Source of the DNA: Desulfocapsa sulfexigens DSM 10523
GTDB lineage: Bacteria > Desulfobacterota > Desulfobulbia > Desulfobulbales > Desulfocapsaceae
NCBI RefSeq assembly: GCF_000341395.1
Contig: NC_020304.1
Coordinates: 3,540,001 to 3,572,000, forward strand
Length of the DNA stretch: 32,000 nucleotides
Reading direction: 5' to 3'
Numbering within the stretch: the first letter of the stretch is position 1; each line of letters starts with the position of its first letter. Made by a program: the position numbers and the translations under genes. Shown here piece after piece: positions 17,807-26,055 of this stretch. The notes beneath the pieces were generated by a model. It ran no database searches. It was given only the letters and a program-made list of their open reading frames with translations, and was not told the DNA's origin.

Positions 17807-17833
17807 GTTACCACCGGATTTCCCGGTGGTAAC
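17807..17833 (+). other. Perfect GC-rich hairpin (11-bp stem, 5-nt loop) between usp and the PAS kinase
   Basis: GTTACCACCGG-atttc-CCGGTGGTAAC with no U-tract on either strand. It lies 50 nt after the usp stop and 37 nt before the next ATG. Confidence 0.8.
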
Positions 17834-17869
17834 AAAGATGTCTCAGATCAACATTAAGGAACGGCAACT

Positions 17870-18919
17870 ATGGCTAAAAAAAAACCACAGTACTTTAGCA
17901 AGTTAATACTTGACAGCATCCCTGTTGCCATGGTGACCATGGATGCTGATTTCAAAATCACCTCTTTCAACAATATAGCAGAACATCTAACCGGTTTTTC
18001 CGCTTCGGAGGCAATTGGAAATCCCTGTTATAAAATTTTGCACAGCAGTAAATGTGATACCGAATGTCCTTTGCAAACAGTGCAGGAATATGGCGAATCA
18101 TCCACTGGCCTGGAAGCTGAATTTATCAATCACTTCCATGAACATATCCCTGTACGCATAGGCACCGCTGCTATTGAGGATAATTCCGGAAACTTTATAG
18201 GATACCTGGAAGTCATTGAAGATGTTTCACGAGAGAAGGCGTTGGAGCGTGAAAAAAACAATTTTCATTTTATGGTTGCTCACGATATAAAATCGCCACT
18301 CGTTGCCATGCAGGGCTTAATTGCAAGAATTCGTGAACACCATGATGAAATGTCTGCAGAGAAACGGGAAGACTACTTTAGAATTATCAGTGAAGCTGGA
18401 GAGCAAATAGCAGCACAGGTAAACACCTTTCTTGAGTACTCGCGCCAGGCCAACAAAAAAATAAAACTCACTCCTGAGCTTATCGATTTACCGCAACTCA
18501 TTGAAGACCTGACACAAAGGCACCAGCCTCAAGCAACAGCAAAAAAGCTTGTTATCCGTACTGAATACAGGCCAATGAAACAAATAAAGGCAGATTTCAG
18601 ACAACTGCAACGTGTTTTCGAAAATCTTCTCGATAATGCGATCAAATTTGCCCACCAGCCTGGTGAAATAGTCATCTCCATTGATGACTCCCCAAAAGAA
18701 GTAATCATCCAGGTTAAGGATTGTGGTCCAGGTATCAGTGCTGATGAGCTCCCCTTTATCTTTGACGCTTTCCATCAACACAAATCAAGTGACACAGGGC
18801 ATGGTCTTGGACTTGCGGCAGTCCGTGCTATTGTTCACGAACATGGAGGACGGGTAGCAGCTAAAAGCAGGCCGGACCATGGAGCAATTTTCACCGTTCG
18901 ATTACCAAAAAAAGAATAA
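17870..18919 (+). CDS. Cytoplasmic PAS-domain sensor histidine kinase with a Cys3His motif in the PAS domain
   Basis: PAS block PVAMVTMDADFKITSFNNIAEHLTGF, then CYKILHSSKCDTEC. H-box MVAHDIKSPL, N-box NLLDNAIKF, G1 VKDCGPGI, G2 GHGLGLAAVRAIVHEHGG. Confidence 0.88.
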   Translation: MAKKKPQYFSKLILDSIPVAMVTMDADFKITSFNNIAEHLTGFSASEAIGNPCYKILHSSKCDTECPLQTVQEYGESSTGLEAEFINHFHEHIPVRIGTAAIEDNSGNFIGYLEVIEDVSREKALEREKNNFHFMVAHDIKSPLVAMQGLIARIREHHDEMSAEKREDYFRIISEAGEQIAAQVNTFLEYSRQANKKIKLTPELIDLPQLIEDLTQRHQPQATAKKLVIRTEYRPMKQIKADFRQLQRVFENLLDNAIKFAHQPGEIVISIDDSPKEVIIQVKDCGPGISADELPFIFDAFHQHKSSDTGHGLGLAAVRAIVHEHGGRVAAKSRPDHGAIFTVRLPKKE

Positions 18920-18986
18920 ATGAACTACATATATCACCAGTATATTGCACCCTTTTTTTATTATTGACTGAACAAGGAAACACTTT

Positions 18987-19964
18987 ATGTCTCAATTTTC
19001 CCGTCACCGTGAACAGGTTGAATCCACAATAAACCAACTCCGGGAACTGATAAATAAATTACAAATTCTGGAAGATGAATATCTCAGACAGGAAGAAAAA
19101 CTCTTTGTTATCTCAGAGTTTGCCAATGACTGGGAATACTGGCAGGCACCAGACGGCCACTACAAATATGTTTCTCCTTCCTGTAAAGTCGTTACCGGGT
19201 ACAAGCCACAGGAATTTTATGATGACCCTGCTCTTCTGAAAAAAATCATTGCTTTCGATAACTGGGAGAAGTGGAAGGCCCACAATCATAGTATGGCAAA
19301 AAATGGACTGGTAAATCCCATAGAATTCAAAATACACACAAAAGAAGGTAAGTCCAGATGGATTCATCATATCTGCCAGACGGTGACCGGTAGAAACGGT
19401 GAAAACCTTGGGGTCAGAGGGAGTAACAGAGATATCACTGAATTAAAGAAATTACAGGAGAAACTGAAACATATGGCAGGCCATGACCTGCTTACAGGGC
19501 TTCCCAACCGTTCTCTATTCCTGGAACATCTTAAGCAGACTATTAAGGAAGCCAAACGTAATGGCAGAATGTTTGCGGTGGTTTTTATAGACCTCGATGA
19601 TTTTAAGGAAATCAACGACACCCATGGTCATGAAGCCGGAGATACCGTTTTAAAAAAACTTGCCCAGGAGCTCACCGGAGTAACACGAGAAAACGACATC
19701 GTTGCTCGACTGGGTGGTGATGAATTCGTTGGTCTCTTTGATGTCAGCCATGATGCCGATGTCGGGATTATCAGACGCAAAATATTTGATGATGTACATA
19801 ATGAAATACATTGCCCCACCTATAACATTACTATTCATTATAGTTTTGGGGTAAGTATCTACCCAACCGATGGAACAAGTGTTGACACGCTTCTCAAAAA
19901 AGCCGACCTGGCAATGTACCTGCAAAAAGAAAACAACAAAGCGGAACGGAAAAAAAACAAATGA
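18987..19964 (+). CDS. PAS-GGDEF diguanylate cyclase (intact active site and I-site)
   Basis: It carries HDLLTGLPNR, IDLDDFKEINDTHGHEAGD and RLGGDEF. An RxxD (REND) lies five residues upstream of GGDEF. Confidence 0.88.
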   Translation: MSQFSRHREQVESTINQLRELINKLQILEDEYLRQEEKLFVISEFANDWEYWQAPDGHYKYVSPSCKVVTGYKPQEFYDDPALLKKIIAFDNWEKWKAHNHSMAKNGLVNPIEFKIHTKEGKSRWIHHICQTVTGRNGENLGVRGSNRDITELKKLQEKLKHMAGHDLLTGLPNRSLFLEHLKQTIKEAKRNGRMFAVVFIDLDDFKEINDTHGHEAGDTVLKKLAQELTGVTRENDIVARLGGDEFVGLFDVSHDADVGIIRRKIFDDVHNEIHCPTYNITIHYSFGVSIYPTDGTSVDTLLKKADLAMYLQKENNKAERKKNK

Positions 19965-21148
19965 CAACCATCAGGAAACATGTAGAAAAAGTGACGACCG
20001 ATGAACCAGTTGAACAAATATTGGGGTTCAACAACAACCTCCTCATCAGAGATCTCTTTGAAATCATGAACGAAGTTCTTGCAAACAGAGACCTCTCAAC
20101 CTACAAGCATACTCTGCGTGTTGCTCAAATTGCACTGGCAATCGGCACTGAACTGCAGCTTTGCGAAGAAGACTTAACCATTTTAGAACTTGGCTGTCTT
20201 GTTCACGATATCGGAAAGACCGCAATACCCGATGATGTATTGTTAAAACCGGATCTTTTTAACGATCAGGACCGAAGGATCATGGAATTCCATCCGCTTA
20301 TAGGGGCCAAGCTCTTTGCTCCAAGACTCCATGATGATCGTATTACAAATATTATTCTCAGGCATCACGAACGACTCGATGGCAGCGGATACCCTCAAGG
20401 TCTCGTTGCATCTGAGATCGATGAATTATCACGAATTGCAGCCATTGCCGATGAGTTTGAAGCCCTCACCAGTAAAAGACCCTATAAATCTTCTTTTTCG
20501 GTTAAAACGGCAATTAATGTTCTACAATATGAGGCAGAGCAAGGGGCACTGGACGGCCGGATAGTAGATGGCCTGAGCAGTATTGCAGAGGCTCTGGTAC
20601 TCCACGATGTAACCATGCAACCCACCGGAAATTTCATGGAGGAAATTGAACATTTCCGAAGAGACACATTTTTTCGTGACACCCTGAGTGAACTCTATAA
20701 CTATCGATATCTTTTGGTTCTCGATGATCTGAAAGTACTGGGGGAGACGGACACCTCCGGCTACCTCCTCCTTCTAGTGAATTTGAGAGGAATGGGTCGC
20801 TTTCAGGTAGACAATGGTGTTATTGTCGCTGGCCAGGTCCATGATGAAATCGGACAACATCTGAGAGATACGGTTTCAATATATCGAAAAAAACGACTCA
20901 ACTATGATGGTTCCGTCATGCTTTTCAGAAAACATTGTGATTATATGATATATGCGGAAGGAAACATGGAAGAAGACCTGGATGATCTTGTTACCCAACT
21001 CCGTAAAAAAGTTGGGCAGACTAGAGAGGAATGGGGCATTGAGGCAAACTGCTACCGGGTTTGGTTTCCGCGTTCCACCTCAATTGAAGAGGCAATGACC
21101 CGTCTTTTTTTACTGCAGGTAGAGGATGCTGAATCCTGCAAAACCTGA
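19961..21148 (+). CDS. HD-GYP c-di-GMP phosphodiesterase with a C-terminal degenerate GGDEF-like domain
   Basis: HDIGK and HHERLDGSGYPQGL are present. The C-terminal ~165 aa follow the GGDEF fold pattern (LSELYNYRYL, LLLVNLRGMGRFQVDNG), but the signature is RKHCDYM. An ATGA overlap joins it to the cyclase gene. Confidence 0.82.
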   Translation: MTTIRKHVEKVTTDEPVEQILGFNNNLLIRDLFEIMNEVLANRDLSTYKHTLRVAQIALAIGTELQLCEEDLTILELGCLVHDIGKTAIPDDVLLKPDLFNDQDRRIMEFHPLIGAKLFAPRLHDDRITNIILRHHERLDGSGYPQGLVASEIDELSRIAAIADEFEALTSKRPYKSSFSVKTAINVLQYEAEQGALDGRIVDGLSSIAEALVLHDVTMQPTGNFMEEIEHFRRDTFFRDTLSELYNYRYLLVLDDLKVLGETDTSGYLLLLVNLRGMGRFQVDNGVIVAGQVHDEIGQHLRDTVSIYRKKRLNYDGSVMLFRKHCDYMIYAEGNMEEDLDDLVTQLRKKVGQTREEWGIEANCYRVWFPRSTSIEEAMTRLFLLQVEDAESCKT

Positions 21149-21173
21149 AAAAAAATCATTGGTAAGACTTAAC

Positions 21174-21575
21174 ATGGACAATAAAAACAAAATACGACTA
21201 GTTTTCCTCAGTATTATTCTTTTCCTTTTTGTCATTCCTGTCTCTGGCATTTCTGCACAGAAAAGGAAAATCGCAGTTCCAGCAAACAGCAGTGAAAAAG
21301 ATTCCCTGATTAGTCAGGAAATGGGCAGAGCACAATATTTCTTGTTTTTTGACGATAGAGGACAGTTTATAAGTGCCTTAAAAAATCCCGCCAGCAGCCA
21401 AACAGGCGGCATAAGTCGTACAGTAATTACACTTCTGACTGATAACCAAATCACAACTGTCATCGCTGATTCTGTTGGTACCAAAATGAAAAAAGCTCTG
21501 ACCGACCACAATATAGAACTCATCAAAAAGAGTGGAGCAGCTCAAAAAGCCGTAACGGTTAGCGTACAACACTAA
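21174..21575 (+). CDS. NifX/NifB-C-type (Nitro_FeMo-Co fold) small protein with a predicted signal peptide
   Basis: The domain pattern is GRAQYFLFFDDRGQF...GGISRTVITLLTDNQITTVIADSVGTKMKKALTDHNIELI. The N-terminus MDNKNKIRLVFLSIILFLFVIPVSGISA/QK looks like a Sec signal. An alternative start at 21126 would overlap the upstream gene. Confidence 0.65.
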   Translation: MDNKNKIRLVFLSIILFLFVIPVSGISAQKRKIAVPANSSEKDSLISQEMGRAQYFLFFDDRGQFISALKNPASSQTGGISRTVITLLTDNQITTVIADSVGTKMKKALTDHNIELIKKSGAAQKAVTVSVQH

Positions 21576-21588
21576 TTTCCACCAAACA

Positions 21589-23355
21589 ATGAAACACCGC
21601 AAACCAGCTCTTCGGACTATTCTTTTCCCTCTGTTACTGGCGGTTGTGATTGGTGGCTTAGCAGGTCTTGGAGCAGTTTTTTTCCGTTGGCTCATAGAAT
21701 TTGGTATTGACCTGTTCTGGCCGGGAAGTGGAGGTTTCATCAGTCAGTATGAACAGGCATCCGTTTTCTGGCGGTTTGGCATACCCGTACTTGCTGGTTT
21801 GATCATCGGCCCCCTTCTTCATTTTGTCGCTCCTGAAATTCGTGGTCCCGGTGTCCCCGAAGTTATGGCCGCACTTGCTCAGCGTGATGGAATTATCAGA
21901 CACCGGGTGACTCTTGCCAAAAGTTTTGCCACCGCCACTCTTATTGCCTCAGGCTGTTCCGTAGGACGTGAAGGACCAATTGTTCAAATTGGCTCTTCCA
22001 TCGGTTCATCATTGTGCCAGCTTTTCCGACTGGGGCCTGATAACCGCAAACTTGCCGTTGCCTGCGGGGCAGCCGCAGGAATCGCTGCAACATTTCAGGC
22101 CCCGATGGCAGGCACCCTCTTTGTTGTTGAGATCCTCCTTTTTGATCTGGAGGTTACTTCCCTTTCCAATATCGTTATTGCAGCTGTCACCGGAACCATG
22201 GTTTCACGCGCTTTCTGGTATGATGGCATTTTATTCCAGGCGCCTCAATTTGTCCTTGGCCATCCGGCAGAACTTCTCATTTATCTTGTCCTTGGGCTCA
22301 TGGCGGGTCTGCTCAGCCTACTTCTTATGGCCATGACCTTTGGACTCAGCAGAAGCTTAGACAGGATACACGTTCCAGGATGGCTCTCCCCGGCCCTGGG
22401 CGGAGTGGTTATCGGGACACTTGGACTCTATTATCCACAGGTACTTGGAGTTGGCTATGACACCATTACAGGTGTCCTCCAAGGTGATTTCCTGTTCAGT
22501 ACCGCACTTGTTTTGCTGCTGGCTAAATTACTGGCAACCAGCTCCTGTATCGGGTCCGGCATGAGCGGTGGCATTTTTGCCCCCTCACTGTTTCTGGGAG
22601 CAATGCTTGGTGCAATGTTCGGTAACTTTGCCCATCTCATATGGCCTGATACAGCTCTTCTTTCCAGTCATTTTGCACTCGTGGGCATGGGTGCCATGGT
22701 AGCAGGCACAACGCTTGCCCCTATCACTGCCATTCTTACAATTTTCGAGTTGACGTATAACTATGAAATCATACTGCCACTGATGGTGGCCTGCATTCCA
22801 AGCATCATTGTTGTTCGCTATCTTCACGGTTTTTCCATCTATGAAACAAAACTCCTGTTAAAGGGAATTCGGATTGTCAGAGGGCATGATGCCAACCGAC
22901 TACGTACCATGAAAATCCGTGATTATATGAGTAAAGACAGTACATTTCTTTCCCAGGAAACATCCTTGACTCAACTCCTGGATAAAATACTGAACAGTTC
23001 ATTTCCCCATTTTATGATCAACGACAACACAGGAAACCTTATTGGCATTCTTACGCTTCGTGACCTGAGGACATTCCTAAACAAACCAGGTCCTACTGAT
23101 CCCTCTATCACCGCTGGCGATCTTATGATCCGTGACATTGCTACAGTAAGAGAAAATGACAATCTGGAAGAGGCATTTCACTTATTCAGCAATCATCATT
23201 TTTCATTTTTACCTGTCATGTCAGAGTCTAATCCCCATCGCGCCGTTGGGAGTCTGAAAAAAGATGACCTGCTTACAGCCTACAACCAACATATCCTGAA
23301 GGATCATTACCATCCTCCCTCTGCCCTGATCGGCCCTATTCGTGACAACAAATAA
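21589..23355 (+). CDS. ClC-family chloride channel / H+-Cl- antiporter with a C-terminal CBS pair
   Basis: It carries GPGVPE, GREGP (gating Glu present) and GGIFAPS, with about 10+ TM helices. Two CBS modules lie in the last ~150 aa. Confidence 0.9.
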   Translation: MKHRKPALRTILFPLLLAVVIGGLAGLGAVFFRWLIEFGIDLFWPGSGGFISQYEQASVFWRFGIPVLAGLIIGPLLHFVAPEIRGPGVPEVMAALAQRDGIIRHRVTLAKSFATATLIASGCSVGREGPIVQIGSSIGSSLCQLFRLGPDNRKLAVACGAAAGIAATFQAPMAGTLFVVEILLFDLEVTSLSNIVIAAVTGTMVSRAFWYDGILFQAPQFVLGHPAELLIYLVLGLMAGLLSLLLMAMTFGLSRSLDRIHVPGWLSPALGGVVIGTLGLYYPQVLGVGYDTITGVLQGDFLFSTALVLLLAKLLATSSCIGSGMSGGIFAPSLFLGAMLGAMFGNFAHLIWPDTALLSSHFALVGMGAMVAGTTLAPITAILTIFELTYNYEIILPLMVACIPSIIVVRYLHGFSIYETKLLLKGIRIVRGHDANRLRTMKIRDYMSKDSTFLSQETSLTQLLDKILNSSFPHFMINDNTGNLIGILTLRDLRTFLNKPGPTDPSITAGDLMIRDIATVRENDNLEEAFHLFSNHHFSFLPVMSESNPHRAVGSLKKDDLLTAYNQHILKDHYHPPSALIGPIRDNK

Positions 23356-23607
23356 GACCATTTCGTAGTACACATCAGTTCACACCTCAGTAAAGCCCCC
23401 TCGTCATACCCCTATCCGTAAAACCTGCAACAGTTTCGTTGAAAAGAAGCGACACCTTCTGTTCGTAATACTACAGATCTGCCCCGCAGGACACCTCAAT
23501 GCCCCATTAGTGTCGCGCAGACAAACAAAAGAGACTTCCCACCATTATCCTTTATATTCAAAACGTTAGCCCTCAACAACAGGTGTCATGGATAATTTTA
23601 AAGAGAC

Positions 23608-23623
23608 TGGCATCATTACTGCT
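23608..23623 (+). promoter_or_regulatory. Candidate sigma-54 (-24/-12) promoter
   Basis: TGGCATCATTACTGCT has GG and GC separated by exactly 10 nt, against the consensus TGGCAC-N5-TTGCW. It lies about 60 nt upstream of the ATG at 23682, which has a GGAGG RBS. Confidence 0.5.
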
Positions 23624-23681
23624 ATAAAGAAGACAAGAAAACAAAATATATTCACTAAATCAACCCCATACGGAGGACACC

Positions 23682-23876
23682 ATGACAACCAATACTCACA
23701 ACACAGTGACCACTCAGCTCGATGCCGGATATGAAACTTCAACATTTGCACTCGGTGTTGCAATGACCTCGGTTGCCATCGTAGCAATATGGGGAACCGC
23801 ATGCCTCGCGAGTGCAATGGTCTCCATGGGACCTCTCAATGTTGCACAGGGATATTTCACCGCGTTAATCGGATAA
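23682..23876 (+). CDS. Small membrane protein (64 aa), paralogue of the next gene
   Basis: GGAGG RBS 5 nt upstream and one TM helix. IWGTACLASAMVSMG...AQGYFTALIG aligns with LWVAAALTSALSSVG...AGQYMVAIG of the neighbouring gene. Confidence 0.65.
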   Translation: MTTNTHNTVTTQLDAGYETSTFALGVAMTSVAIVAIWGTACLASAMVSMGPLNVAQGYFTALIG

Positions 23877-23925
23877 TCTGCAGATAAAAAGAGAACTACT
23901 AACGACAAAACTAAAGGATACCACC

Positions 23926-24225
23926 ATGAAAGAAAATACATCAAAAACGGGTTCGAGAATTATATTGGCAGCAGGTTCAATAATGTGTCTCTGGGTTGCA
24001 GCAGCATTGACCAGTGCCCTTTCAAGCGTAGGCTGGTCGGTCAGTGAGTTGGCAGGACAATACATGGTAGCAATCGGAATGGTTAAACCATTGCATACCC
24101 TGGTTGATTACTATACCCATATCAAAGGTATTGAATACCTTCTCTGTGTTGCTTTCTTTGTCGCCTTCCCGGTTTTCTTTAAATATATAAACAAGTCTCC
24201 GAAACCATCCACAGTAGCTAAGTAG
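23926..24225 (+). CDS. Small membrane protein (99 aa, two TM helices), paralogue of the previous gene
   Basis: Its N-terminal half aligns to the 64-aa protein, and it has an extra C-terminal helix (LLCVAFFVAFPVFF). A strong terminator follows directly. Confidence 0.65.
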   Translation: MKENTSKTGSRIILAAGSIMCLWVAAALTSALSSVGWSVSELAGQYMVAIGMVKPLHTLVDYYTHIKGIEYLLCVAFFVAFPVFFKYINKSPKPSTVAK

Positions 24226-24265
24226 CCTGTCCGTGCACCCGACTTGTTGTCCCAACTAAATAAAC

Positions 24266-24307
24266 GCCTGCTTATCCTTGATCACATTAGATAAGCAGGC
24301 ATTTTTC
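24266..24307 (+). terminator. Rho-independent, probably bidirectional, terminator
   Basis: GCCTGCTTATC-13 nt loop-GATAAGCAGGC is a perfect 11-bp stem followed by ATTTTT on the plus strand. A T-rich tail (GTTTATTT) follows it on the minus strand, just after the convergent MBL gene stop. Confidence 0.85.
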
Positions 24308-24319
24308 TGTCACTTCTGT

Positions 24320-25075
24320 TTATTGCGGAATGGATTCCATAGATGCAAACTTAGGCTCATGTAAAGGCAGGAGTATGTCGGCTTCTTCCTTGATACGAAG
24401 CATGATATCATAGGCCTCATTGACGTTGATATGCGTTCCAGGCGGAATCACCTCCATCTCCATGGCTGTTATTTGTTTGGGAGGATAGAAGTTTTCCAGA
24501 AGACAACAAAATCCCGTAATTATAGCTGTTCCTTCGGTGGTCTCTATAGCTACCGATAAGCCCCCTGCGGTATGTGCCGGAGTATGGAGAACACGAATAC
24601 CCGGAACGATTTCACAATCCCCGCTCACGGTCTTTATCTGCTTATTTTCACTGATTTCATAGATAAAATCTTCCAGATAACGAAAGTCGAGTGGGTGTGG
24701 ATCACGAATGTGTTTTAATTCCAACTCGTGCACATAGAATTCGGCATTGACGCATTTGTAATCATTTTCACAGTGATCATTATGGAGGTGCGTATGAATG
24801 ACGATGTCTATATCTTCGGGCTTCAGGCCCCACTTTGCAAGTCCCTCTTCAAAGGTGACAATTTTCCCGCCAACCGCATTTTCTCTGTCATCTGACTTGA
24901 TCGGGTGCATTTCACCTGTATCAACAAGAATTTTTTTATCCCCGCCCTCAAGGTACCAGCAATAGATTGGGATGGTAAAAGATTTCCCGTAATCGTGCTG
25001 ATAGGTCATCATCCCCTTATCAAATACTTTAGTACCGATTACCATGGGATGGAGAGTAAAAACTGTCATATGCAC
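24320..25075 (-). CDS. MBL-fold metallo-hydrolase, N-acyl-homoserine-lactonase-like
   Basis: HTHLHNDH zinc motif (HxHxDH) and 251 aa. The overall pattern resembles AHL-lactonase-family MBL proteins. Confidence 0.75.
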   Translation of the reverse strand: MHMTVFTLHPMVIGTKVFDKGMMTYQHDYGKSFTIPIYCWYLEGGDKKILVDTGEMHPIKSDDRENAVGGKIVTFEEGLAKWGLKPEDIDIVIHTHLHNDHCENDYKCVNAEFYVHELELKHIRDPHPLDFRYLEDFIYEISENKQIKTVSGDCEIVPGIRVLHTPAHTAGGLSVAIETTEGTAIITGFCCLLENFYPPKQITAMEMEVIPPGTHINVNEAYDIMLRIKEEADILLPLHEPKFASMESIPQ

Positions 25076-25216
25076 CTCCGTACTGGATTTTTTGAATAAA
25101 ATTCCTTATAGTTGTTCCTCAGACAGTGTTTCTGTACGATATCTCAAGAATTTAAAGAATACATTAAATACATTCAGATTCAACATTTTTCTCCTTTTAT
25201 TCGTTCTTATGCTCAT

Positions 25217-26053
25217 ATGAAAAACTATTCTAAACTCGACCAACCGGAACGCCTTCAATTAATATTCAATCCACGCCGCTGCCCGATTACTCCTTTGCCA
25301 AAAGGCGCCATAGACGTACATATTGAGGTTGCACCAGATGTCATCATAGGATGCAGGTTCTATATCCATACCCCGGAAAGTCCCAATATACTCTTCTTTC
25401 ATGGCAATGGTGAAACGGTTCCAGACTATGATGATATCGGTCCTCTCTACAACCACGCAGGAATGAACTTACTGGTCACCGATTTTCGCGGGTACAGCTG
25501 GAGCAATGGAACCCCCACCGTTTCATCAATGCTCAGCGATGCTGAAGTCCTTTTCACTGAAATTCAAAACTGGCTGCAATTCAATAAATACAGTGGCAAA
25601 CTCTTTCTTATGGGCCGCTCTCTTGGATCTGTTCCGGCAATTGATCTTGCCACCAGACATGAAAATGACATTAAGGGACTGATCATCGAAAGCGGAATTG
25701 CTGACACGATTCCTCTGGCAAAATCCCTGGGGATACCTGTGGACGATGTTGACTTCAGTGAGACCGATGGTTTTGGAAATATAGAAAAAATAGCTACTGT
25801 CAAGACAGCTACTTTTATATTTCATGGAGCACGGGATGAAATGATTGCTGCTGATGAAGCAGAAAAGCTCCAATCGTTCAGTGGCGCACGTACCAAAGAA
25901 TTTATTGTTATTCCCGGAGCAACACATAACACCATGATTACAACCGGTGGCAGGCTGTACTTTGAGACCATTAAAAAATTTATCGATAAAGTCACAGGGG
26001 TAACCAACTGGCGGCGACGCAGAAAAACCACCAACACCTATTCCGCAGAGTAA
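25217..26053 (+). CDS. Alpha/beta hydrolase (Bem46/ABHD13-like serine hydrolase)
   Basis: It carries LFFHGNGE, the nucleophile elbow GRSLGS, the acid region FHGARDEMI and PGATHN. The listed ORF starts at a TTG (25112), but the first ATG is at 25217, so the start is uncertain. Confidence 0.75.
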   Translation: MKNYSKLDQPERLQLIFNPRRCPITPLPKGAIDVHIEVAPDVIIGCRFYIHTPESPNILFFHGNGETVPDYDDIGPLYNHAGMNLLVTDFRGYSWSNGTPTVSSMLSDAEVLFTEIQNWLQFNKYSGKLFLMGRSLGSVPAIDLATRHENDIKGLIIESGIADTIPLAKSLGIPVDDVDFSETDGFGNIEKIATVKTATFIFHGARDEMIAADEAEKLQSFSGARTKEFIVIPGATHNTMITTGGRLYFETIKKFIDKVTGVTNWRRRRKTTNTYSAE

Positions 26054-26055
26054 CC

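Noticed and set aside
21149-21588. Fluoride (crcB-motif) riboswitch upstream of the ClC gene.
   Set aside because: The region is occupied by the NifX-like CDS, only 13 nt separate it from the ClC start, and no riboswitch-like conserved core is visible.
23356-23681. A c-di-GMP (GEMM) riboswitch in the 326-nt spacer after the c-di-GMP gene cluster, and a 48-aa ORF starting at 23588.
   Set aside because: Only a vague resemblance (GCGCAGACAAAC) is present, and I could not build the conserved GEMM helices. The 48-aa ORF has a weak RBS, a low-complexity product, and runs out of frame across the strong RBS and start of the 64-aa gene.
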